Origin: Chara braunii
Lineage: Eukaryota > Plantae > Charophyceae
Direction: 5' to 3'
Assembly: GCA_003427395.1 (NCBI GenBank)
Contig: BFEA01000036.1
Coordinates: 3,406,640 to 3,470,639, forward strand
DNA length: 64,000 bases
Part shown: positions 37,643 to 48,149 of the stretch, piece by piece
Layout of the letters: each line of letters opens with the position of its first letter
Numbering within the stretch: position 1 is the stretch's first letter
Program-made: the position numbers and the translations under genes
The notes under the pieces: generated by a model
What the model was told of the DNA's origin: nothing
What the model saw: the letters and a program-made list of their open reading frames with translations, nothing else
Database searches by the model: none

Positions 37643-37939
37643 CCTGGACGAATTTCAGTCGGCAGGCCAGTACTTACATCCCGCCAGATGCAGCCGTGGA
37701 TGTGTACATACATCCCGCCAGATGCACCGCGTCGTAGAATAATGGCTGGGCGAAGTACTGGTGGTATAAATATAAAATGTCTCCTCTCCCTTATGCTTAT
37801 GGGTGATCGTCTTTTTTTTTTGGGGGGGGGGAGAAATGATCGTCTTTTCCAAGCCGTGAGAGTTCCTTGATACCAGACAAGAAAAAAGAAGCTGGCAAAA
37901 CCGATTAAACACCATGCCCTCCCAACCCCCCCCCCCCCC

Positions 37940-37977
<38 letters not shown>

Positions 37978-38574
37978 AAAGGATTAAACACCATGCCCAC
38001 GTTCCAAACTCTCTCCGTGCCCCTCTCCTACTGGCCCGGTGATTCCGTGGTGCTCCTAAATGGTTCTCTCTCCGCCTCTCTTAGATCATACTCACACTAG
38101 GAATATCTAATGTGTATGTATCTGACCGCAATTACGCCCAGACCAGGGTGCATCTGACCCCCATTTCGTCCAAAAAATGATGGAAGACCCCTACCGGTAG
38201 TGCGAGTAGTATGCCCTTGCTGTGGAATCAAATTGGTAGTTGACGGTCCCATTCATGAATCTGCAGACTTTGAACGACGTTTTTCTTATTTTGCCTTCGT
38301 TCGCTCTCTTTTTTGTGATTAGGGTTTAAGCGAAGGGTTTTTTTTTTTTTTTTTTTTTAAGGTGTCCGATGGACCACGGATCACACTTCTCCAACGACTT
38401 CCGACATCAATATTTTTGTTCCTCAGATCCGAAATTTCCTTCAAAACATGAGAGAGAATCTCTCTCTCTCTCGCTCTCTCTCTCTCTCGCGCGCGCGCAT
38501 AATCACAGAATCGATGGACATGAGCACCTGTAGGACTTCTTCCCCCTCTCTAACTGAACCATATTCAGCCCCTC

Positions 38575-38620
<46 letters not shown>

Positions 38621-38697
38621 TATAATCACAGAATCGATGGACATGAGCACCTATAGGACTTCTTCCCCATCTCTAACTGAACCATATCCAGCCCCTC

Positions 38698-38728
<31 letters not shown>

Positions 38729-39012
38729 NNNNNNNNNNNNNNNNNNNNNNNNNNNNNNNNNNNNNNNNNNNNNNNNNNNNNNNNNNNNNNNNNNNNNNNN
38801 NNNNNNNNNNNNNNNNNNNNNNNNNNNNNNNNNNNNNNNNNNNNNNNNNNNNNNNNNNNNNNNNNNNNNNNNNNNNNNNNNNNNNNNNNNNNNNNNNNNN
38901 NNNNNNNNNNNNNNNNNNNNNNNNNNNNNNNNNNNNNNNNNNNNNNNNNNNNNNNNNNNNNNNNNNNNNNNNNNNNNNNNNNNNNNNNNNNNNNNNNNNN
39001 NNNNNNNNNNNN

Positions 39013-39067
<55 letters not shown>

Positions 39068-39587
39068 CTTCGCGCCGCATAGGGGATGATTACCAATGTA
39101 CGATTTTGGAAGAATTAATGAACAGTACAAGAATATTTTTCAAGTTACGCTAATCTGCTTCTCTCCCCTCCCCCCCCCAACAAGCAGGCAGCAAAGAAGA
39201 AGGGCTAGGTGGGGCGGGGGTTGAAGAAGAGGGAATGACAAACGAGCGAAACGAGGCGGAGGGAGACAGAAGGAGAGGCGTGCAGGGATAAGGACATCAA
39301 GAAGTACTAAAAATAAAAAAAAATAAAAGATAAAAGGAAGGGACGAGCAAGTGGGCAAAGTGAACGACGACAATGCAAGAGAAGATATGGTAGAAAGAAG
39401 ATGATTCCTTTTTTTGGTTTTTCAGTCTCAACCACATTATAATGAAATTAAATGAATTCATATGCATGATTATTTGTTGAATTTATATTCCTAGAATATT
39501 CTGAAATTTCTTAAATTTTACTGCTAGGCTAAGAGCAAGTGAATAATTAGTTTAAGTAAACTTCATTCCGTTTGCAATATACAAACC

Positions 39588-39589
<2 letters not shown>

Positions 39590-39624
<35 letters not shown>

Positions 39625-39800
39625 GGGGCGACGGCCTTGAGATACTAGTATCATCCTTGAACTGACGGGCCTCAGGCAATTCAGAATGATTTTATTCTCT
39701 CTTGATCTGATTGCATCTGGACTCGACCTTGGGTATGATTCATATTTCAAAGGTTCATTTTCAGTTAAGGGGTGTACCAACTGAGGAAAGGCCGTTGGTG
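39590..39800 (-). mobile_element. Same SINE family, copy with (TTA)n tail
   Basis: Colinear similarity to the 37451-37642 copy. Confidence 0.7.
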
Positions 39801-39881
39801 AAAGAAGGCGATTGGTGAATCGCAAATCACAAGAAGGACAAAAACGTCAAAACCGACGGCGGAAAAGGCAAGCATCTGACA

Positions 39882-39976
39882 AATGCTGACGTGGATGCTG
39901 ACGTGCATGCTGACGCGCATGCTGACGTGCATGCTGACGTGGATGTTGACGTGCATGCTGACGTGCATGCTGACGT
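39882..39976. repeat. 12-bp tandem repeat (ATGCTGACGTGS) x~8; three more units at ~40224-40259
   Basis: Read directly from sequence. Confidence 0.9.
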
Positions 39977-40432
39977 AGAGTCCCGATGAGAAATTGTGCA
40001 CAAGAATGGGCTCCATTCACATCGATGTTGACGTGGAGCCCATTTGAGAACGACCGGCTTGCACGAATAGAACGCCTGGTCGTAATCGCTGTATCTGGAC
40101 TGAAAGGTGTCCCACATGCGGGTATAATTACCGTACCATCATCCATGTGGGGCATAATTACCATACATTCTATTTGGGGGCAAACGGTAGTGTACAAGAT
40201 TGGTCTCGCTTCACATTTGTCTGATGCTGACGTGGATGCTGACGTGGATGCTGACGTGGCTATTGACTCATCCCGGTGTTGTTCCCCTGATGATTGGCTG
40301 TGTGTCTGACGTGGCCGTCATCAAAGTTTATCGTAAAAAAAAAAAAAAGACCGAGATAAAGATTAATGAAGGACGATTTTATCGTCTGACGACTCACCTG
40401 ACCAGTTGCTACATAAAGAGGAGGGAGATTTA

Positions 40433-40530
40433 TCACCGAATAGAACGCCCGGTCATTATCGCTGCATCTGGACTGAAAGTTGGGCCAAATGCAGCTATAA
40501 TGACCGGGCGTTCTAATAGGGTGAAGACGG
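40433..40530. mobile_element. Same MITE family (another copy at ~40054-40187)
   Basis: Perfect inner arms TAGAACGCCCGGTCATTAT / ATAATGACCGGGCGTTCTA; shared core ATCTGGACTG.AA. Confidence 0.65.
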
Positions 40531-40567
40531 TAAAGCTCACCCGTCAACAACAAATTTTGACACACAC

Positions 40568-40820
40568 ACCAACGGGCCTAGCAGCTCAGGTGCTACACCC
40601 AAATGAACTGTTGAAACATGAATCGGAACCAAGTTCGAGTCCAGATGCAATCAGATGGGCAGAAGAACATAGTTCTGAATTACCTGGGCCGGGCAGTTTT
40701 TTTTTTCTTTTTTCTTTTTTTTTGTGGGTCAGCTCAATGATGATAGCACAAGCCGGTCACCTCAATGATGATACCATAAGGCCGTCGCCCTTCGGAAAAA
40801 AAAAAAAAAAAAAAAAAAAA
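40568..40820 (+). mobile_element. Same SINE family, copy with poly(A)
   Basis: GGCCTAGCAGCTCAGG...GTTCGAGTCCAGATG...GGCCGTCGCCCTTCGG(A)n. Confidence 0.7.
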
Positions 40821-42173
40821 GACAAAGAGCCATGTCGCTCGACGCGTGTCAAGTCGAGAGGTTGAACAGGAGGCGGGACGAAGATGATCGGCACGGGTTT
40901 TTTTTTTTTTTTTTTTTTTTTCCACTCCATCTCCCAGAGGAAGGGCGACTCATGGAAGAATGAAGAGACCTGGGCCACCTGGGCCAAGGTCCCAGGTCCC
41001 ACTGGCACTGGCACCGGATGGAGGGCATGGTCCGTTCAGTGGCAGTGGGACACGACGTGGCAGCGGCACGACAGGGTCATTACGAATAGTAGGGCAGAGA
41101 AAACACCAGAAAGGCACGCGAAAAAAAAAAAAAAAAAAAAAAAAAAAANNNNNNNNNNNNNNNNNNNNNNNNNNNNNNNNNNNNNNNNNNNNNNNNNNNN
41201 NNNNNNNNNNNNNNNNNNNNNNNNNNNNNNNNNNNNNNNNNNNNNNNNNNNNNNNNNNNNNNNNNNNNNNNNNNNNNNNNNNNNNNNNNNNNNNNNNNNN
41301 NAAAAAAAAAAAAAAAAAAAAAAAAAAAAGACCTGACATCTTTCTGAACGAGGAAGGAGACTTCTGTCAGTGCAGTGATCATGACCCCCTTCCCTCGATA
41401 CACTCCGTGATGGAGGGAGTGCTTCAACCATGGAGATTATGGACCTGACCCCAATCGTCCCCAGTAGCAGAAAAAACAAAAAAAAAAATACGGCAGTGTA
41501 TCTTCCAATTCCAATGCTCTTTTTGCATTTTTTGCATATTCGGTGCGTCGTGCAGCGAGCAAGGCCCTACCTATTGCACAAAAGTGAAACAAAATGCTGA
41601 AAATTTTCTATCCCTTGGGCTTATGCCCAATCCGCCCTCTCTTTGGGGCATTCGGCCATCGGATAGAGAATTTTTTGGCGGGAGACCTCTGTCTTTTTCC
41701 AGATAATGGGCCTCCCTCCACCCGCATGTGTTTTGTCTTTTGCGCACGCCCTGAGTAGTGGAACGAGGGAGAGAATTCCAGTAAACATCCGATCAAGATA
41801 CGTCACGTCATCACCCAAAGATGAAAACCACTCTTACAATTGCGAAGTGTGACCGACCCTCCGGGATGGCGGTCCGTCAGGATCAAGACGAAGGGATGAG
41901 GATGGGGGAGATGGAGATGGAGCTGGAAGGGACAGCGCAGCGCCAACGCAGACTCAACACGCACGATTCACCAATCGCCGTCTTTCGATACAAGAAGAAA
42001 CCAATTCGATACAAAGAGAACACAGATTTGCAACACTGTTCTCCGTCAGTAAACACGTGCGTGGAACGAGGGAGGGCCAATGCCTGGAAAACACCGACCG
42101 TGGGATCACAAGCGATTGAAGGGCAGATTCGGGTCGCTCTACGGCCCCACAAAATAGTAGTTTCACTATCCTA

Positions 42174-42280
42174 CCGTCTTGACCCGAATAAAACGACAGG
42201 TCATTATCGCTGTGCATCTGGACTGGAAGTTGCTGCAAGTACAGCGATCATGACCGGGCGTTCTATTCGGGGGAAGACGA
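42174..42280. mobile_element. Same MITE family
   Basis: TA|CCGTCTTGACCCGAATA...TATTCGGGGGAAGACGA|TA, 107 bp. Confidence 0.7.
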
Positions 42281-42332
42281 TAGTCCGTTGCTAATGAGAC
42301 CACGGCCTTGATCGCTGCTGAATTTCCCATGC

Positions 42333-42363
<31 letters not shown>

Positions 42364-43180
42364 CATGCAGTTTGGTGCATAGAGGGAAAAATGCTCCCGG
42401 GGGTTTCCCGTTGAAAGGTTAAAAAAAAATTAAAAAAAAAAAATAAAAATAAAAAAAAAAAATAATAAATAAATAAAATAAAATAAAAAATTCTCCCGAG
42501 AGAAGCCGCTGATAATGGTACATTTCGCTGTAAGTAGGAATTAGAAGAATACGTTGTGGTCGATTATACTGCGTTTGTTCTCTTGGTTTGGTTTGCATAA
42601 GCTAAACCGGCTAATGCTGCCGGGATAACTCCAGGTTGAATTGTGAGGTCCCCGGCCTCGTTCTGAGATTTTTGCAATGATAATGAATGGGTTTTTTTAA
42701 TTTAAAAAAAAAAGAAAAGAAAAAAAAGAAAAAAAAAAAAGACGCTGATAATTACCACTAGAGAGGTTAGAAGAGAGAGACAGAGAGAGCGCCGCGCAGC
42801 ATCGAAGAGGGGGTAATAGGATTGTGTGCGACTTGCCAGGTACGAAGATCGACACGTGGCACGTGGCTGCTGAAAGAAAAAGAGTGACACGTGGCGGCGA
42901 CTCATGAAAAGATCTGGTTACAAGCGCCATCCAATAGTAATTGAAGTTATTCAACACGGAAAACAAAAAATACAAAAGTGTTGAAGAAAAAGCCCTCACA
43001 AGTATACTGTGGAGTATATATAGCGCCGCACACTACTCTGCCTCCTCGGCTCCAGGGCATTCGACTCTTGTGCGCGCGACCGTCTCTCAGCAACCGTGAA
43101 TAACTTCGCCTTGCGGGCGTCAGGTTGGCCTCAGCAGACCCCAGTACAGCGACGTCAGCCCGACTCCCTGATCCGTACAC

Positions 43181-43281
43181 TGGACCATTTCTCTATTTAT
43201 GCATGGCAGCCTTGCGGAGTGGCCGTTTTGCTAATTACCCTTCTCTGGATCGTTCCAATTTTAACGAATGTCCCGAAGGAC
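43181..43281 (-). pseudogene. U6: U6 snRNA copy 4, diverged retrocopy with 10-11 bp TSD
   Basis: Reverse complement reads GTCCTTCGGGACATTCGTTAAAATTGGAACGATCCAGAGAAG...AGAAATGGTCCA. Direct repeat TGATCCGTAC at 43169-43178 and 43282-43291. No poly(A). Confidence 0.88.
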
Positions 43282-45215
43282 TGATCCGTACGTTTGGATA
43301 GCTATGAGGGGGTTCGCGTTTCGTTTGTATTTTTGAACGCTTTGGAACGATTCCCTTACCCCCCACCCCAACCCCCCAACCCCCCCAATTCACTTGCCTA
43401 CTCCCCTTTCAACGGATGAAGAGATATAATAGGCCGTAGGGAATGAAGTGAAGATCGACCGGCAAAAAAAAAAAAAAAAAAAAAAGATCTAATCCTGCTG
43501 TAGTAGGACCGCCCGGGAACCCCAGAAAACACCGGGCTTCGGTTCAGCCACGGCGATTTTGTTGGGCTTCAAAGAAGAGAAATGGGTGTGGCGAAATGCC
43601 CCGTGACAGTCTTGAGACTTTGTGAAATACCCCGCTTGCAGTTCGACCCGCCCCCTTGGGAATAGTATACCCCTATCGGGCCCTGTGCAACTTGTCCGTA
43701 TGCCCCAGCATTTCTGGCGGTTGAACCCTTTGCGGGAGACCTTGCAAATGTCCCTACCCTTATGGCGTTTACAGCCCACTGAGCCCGTCCTTGAGCTGGC
43801 AACTTTTTGCAAATGGCCCTACAGGATTCTCAACCTCTTTTTCTGTTTGCCCCTCAGCACGTACGAGACCCACGGGGTTCTCTATACTTCACTGATGGAA
43901 ATGGACGTGGAGAAGCAATGAAAGGGTAAAAACAAAAGATGGGAAAGATGTAGAGATGGAGTTGGGAAGGTGGGAGTAGAGGAGGGAAGATGATGGAGAT
44001 GGACTTGGGAAGGTGGGAGTAGATGAGGAGGCGGCAAGGTGATGGAGATGGAGATGGAAGAGGGGATCCTGCTCATGGTGTGCGAAGCTAAGTTCCGTAC
44101 CTCGCAGTTCACGAACCGCGAAGTAAGCCCCAAAGTACGGATCTTGACGAACATGGATCTCTTCGCTGATTAATTGCATGTATCTTTCAGTTTCGGCCTT
44201 GTCCTTCTTCGATTTAGCTCTGCGAACGTGGGGAACTTCGAAGAAATGTTTCTGAATTCAGTAGACACCGTTTTTAATTTCTTTTGCTTAGCATGTGCAC
44301 GCAGCCATGCTCGACTACGCAAGCTGGCTTCCCGCTTCGCACGTGCGCCAACTTCTCTTCTTCATTTCTTTTTTTTTTTCTTTTTTTTTTTTTCTGAGAA
44401 CACCCGAGCGGGAGCTAGGGGTGCTGGTAAGAGCAGGCACCACTAGCGTAGTCGGGGAGGCTCCATCTATTGGTGGGGAGCGGCACCTGCTGGAAATTGG
44501 GTCCAGCATCCCAGAACATTGTAGTTGTTTGTGTGAACAGACATGCAATTGTAATGACAGCAAGCTACCGGGCTCACCTCCTCAGAATGAAGTTTGGCAG
44601 GTAGAACTACACAACTCTGAGCTGCTTGCCTACATGACAGCCTATGGTCTCGTTCCAGTCAGGCAAGGCGCGCTAACCGGACCGGTCGGCAAGGCCCGAC
44701 CGCACTCCGGGTGACTATCTCAGGAACACCGAGGAAGGCGAGGTCCCCGAAGCCATCGCCACATTGGTGTGATCGCCACCGTGGCAGGCCTTCGGATATC
44801 CCGTCAGATGCGCTTGCGCCGATTTCAACTACAGCAAGAGTCGACTAAGTGGTGAGCGTGAGATACGCATGAGGAAGCAGGACAAAGACAGACTGAGGTG
44901 CAGGGGGGAGGACGGAGAGAAAAGAGGAGGGTGAAACCTTAAAGGAACAGGGTGGAGGATAGTAGGCAGAGAGGAAGGGACGTGCATCGGCACAAGGAGG
45001 AACACACTGAACAGAGGTGGGGCAAAGAGGACTGGAAATGGGGCGAGAGAGTGGGCAGGGCGAATACGAGTACCACGACCCCATGCATAAGTAACGCGAC
45101 GGGAGAGAGAAAGAGACACAAGGAATTCGCGGGTGGAACCTTAACGGAACACAGCAACTCCACGCTTCTGCGCACAAGAGTGATCAGGAGAGACACAATC
45201 TCGGAAACAAACAAA

Positions 45216-45460
45216 GAGTCGGGTTGGAATGAGACAGAGGATTCGTTGGAACGGTGGCCAGAGCAGCAGCGGTTATCAGGACAGAGCTGGAGCGGGCGGT
45301 CCATTAAGAAGATAACACTACAGCGGGAGCGGAAACAAACAGAGAGTCGGGTTGGAGTGAGACAGAGATTCGTTGGAACGGTGGCCAGAGCAGCAGCGGT
45401 TATCAGGGCAGAGCAGGAGCAGGCGATCTATTAAGAAGACAACACTACAGCGGGAGCGGC
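45216..45460 (+). repeat. Two ~128-bp tandem units in the L1 5' UTR
   Basis: GAGTCGGGTTGGA..GAGACAGAG..ATTCGTTGGAACGGTGGCCAGAGCAGCAGCGGTTATCAGG..ATTAAGAAGA.AACACTACAGCGGGAGCGG occurs twice. Confidence 0.85.
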
Positions 45461-45521
45461 GGCGATCGGCTCCACCTCAGGGTGGAGGGTGAGACTTTCC
45501 CTGGCCGGCAGCCTCACCATC

Positions 45522-48149
45522 ATGTCCCTCCCCCGCCCTGCCTGATGACCACCCTCGCTCACCCTCTCCCCGTCTCTCCAACACATCTGTTCACGAATCG
45601 ATCTGCTCCATACTTTCCCGATATCACCTGATCTGACCCGTTCTTACCCGATTCAATTCCCTCGTACACTAAAAAGTCTTTGTTTTTTACACAAGGGTTT
45701 CGTTCCGTCGGCAGATACGCTGACAGCTATCTCCTTCACAGGTGTCACAACCTTATCACTGTCAAAACCCTCACTACGACTAATAAACGAAGAGTCAGAG
45801 GAAGACACAAGAAAACACTGACGATCCGTCGAGAAAAAAAACGCCTCAAGGAGGTCGGAAGAGGTGAATGACGACGGAGTCAACCCCAATCTTGACCCCC
45901 CGCCTCTCACCATTCAGGAAGCCCCCACACTACTGGAGGGGGAGAACACAACAACGGAGCCTCCATCACCTGACGGTTTGGCCTCCAGAACGAGTGGACC
46001 AAACGGCTTGCCTCCCCCTGCAGAAGGGCAGCAGCATCCACTCAACTCTAACCACCGGCCATCCGAGGGACCCCCGGCCGCCCGGCTAGATGCACCCCAA
46101 CCGGCGGACCAAGCACAGGATATCACTATCCTCCACCAAGGGGGGGCGTCACAAAGCCCCCCTTCCAATACTGAGTCATCGCCGGAACTGACAGAGGATC
46201 AACATGGCAGGCCTGATCAGCAACAACAACAGTCGGGCTAAGCCAACCAGATGCTGCCCCAACAGACGCAAGGGCAGGAGGGTCAAAGTAAGGTGTACCA
46301 GAAATCCAAGGATACCCACGCCCTTATGCAGGCCCTCGCGGCCTCTAGCCAACCACCCAACACGGAACCGTTGGCCTTGGACGCGATAGGACTCATGAAG
46401 GCACACTTCATCCAAAAACTCCATGTACGCCCAATCAAAAAGTACATTGAGAAAGACGGTTACATCTATCCTCACGCCATCTTCCCTCCACAGGCAGTGG
46501 CAAATAGGAATATGCTATATTCGCAGAATGCGGTACAATTCATCTCTTCCCAAACGGCGGCTGAAATCCCCATCAATGAAAAACTGCAATGGGTCAATGG
46601 GAGATTGAGATCAATCAAGATCAGTGACCAAGCAGTGGCTGACCACTTCCTCATTGAACCGACAGGGCCTGGCACTATAAGGGTGATCTCAATCTACCCG
46701 TTAGATAGAGCCAACCTCCTCAAACTCTCCTCCCTCCGATGTAGAGGTCACGTCATGGAGGTTAGAGGATGGGAGCCGCCGACACCTTTCACAGCTGATC
46801 AGAGAAGGGAACAACTGATGCGGAACCACTTTTGGGTGGAATTCCGCTTTGCCCCGCTGAGCGTACAAGGGGCAATTTTGGCTGACCTCCATCAGATAGC
46901 TCCAGTCCTGGGGTACATTAATGACACCCCGATGTTCCTTCCCAAAAGAGACGACTCCCTTCTCGTCGCGGTCGATTGGGACCCTGCAGATGGTTTCCCT
47001 GTCAGTGGGCAATCGTCTTACTCGCAAGATGACAAGGTCTATGCCGTACAGGTGAATCATCTGCTGGACCCCTGGTGCTACGCATGCAGGACCAGGGGAC
47101 ACCAGTCCACAGATCTTCGCTGCCCCAATTCGCAAGCCAAAACTATGAGAGGGCTGGTGCAGCCTCACCCGGATGGTCCTAGACGCTGGGTTCCAGAAGA
47201 CCCCGCCTTTGAGGGGTGGGTCTTCCACAAAAAGTCCATTAATAAGCCGGGAGAGTGGAAATGGGAAGGAAGGGGACCTCCCCCCAAATCCCCGGCTAAT
47301 TTCACAACACCAACCCAAGGGGGAAGATCGTCTCCGGGTGTGGCTGGACCTCAGAAAGACAAAGCCCCTGCACCGCTCCACCACCAACAGCAACAGCAAC
47401 AGCACGGGCAGCTGCATCAACGGAAGCAACACCCACAACCACAAATGCTGACTCCGCAGCAGCAACAGACAGGGCAGGCCAGCACCTCGGCCTCAGCACA
47501 CCAACAGCAGCAGCAGCACTGCATCCACCAAGAGCAGCAGCAGCAACCCCTGCAACAGCAACAGCACCATCAACACCCGCAACCACAACCACTGCAGTCA
47601 CAGCACCAGCAGAACCAGAACCAGCAACATCACCAACAACAGCAGCAGCATCGTCTCCCACACTCACATCAACAGCACCCACAGCAGCAGCAGCACCAGC
47701 ACCAGAAAAACCAGAACCAGCAACAACAACAGCTGCAATATCACCAGCAGCAACAGCGCTGGCAGCAACAGCCGCAGATACAGCAGACCTCGAATCAAAC
47801 TGCCAGATTGGGAGCACCCGCAAGCAAGTCTGATAATGTGGAGAGAACCATACCCCCTCCCTCCCCACAACCACTCGCACGGGTCGCTCCGGTACCCCGG
47901 GTCTGGGACAAGGAGGACACACAGACAAGAATCTTCAACAAGTGGAAAGAGAAAATTGCGGGAAGGGTCTCCGGTTTCTGTGACACTGCTAAGATCAACC
48001 CTTTGCTGATAGACCACAACGCCAGCGAAGCAGGTATGGAAGGGGTGGAATGGGCACAGGACGACCCATCAAGCACTCTCCCGATGGACCAATCGGGCCC
48101 GCCCCCCCTGGGGGGCCGGACACTTCGGACGCTGGGACACAAATCCTGA
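45522..48149 (+). pseudogene. LINE ORF1-like protein (zinc knuckle, polyQ)
   Basis: ATG 45522 is in frame with ORFs 45864 and 46251, and the intervening stops are TGA/TAA (single C>T from CGA/CAA). Motifs MEVRGW, FWVEFRFAPL and CYACRTRGHQSTDLRC, then a Gln/His tract. Confidence 0.75.

Noticed and set aside
45541-45550. Hammerhead core CTGATGA
   Set aside because: No supporting stems or GAAA placement; better explained as CGA CGA > TGA TGA decay in ORF1.
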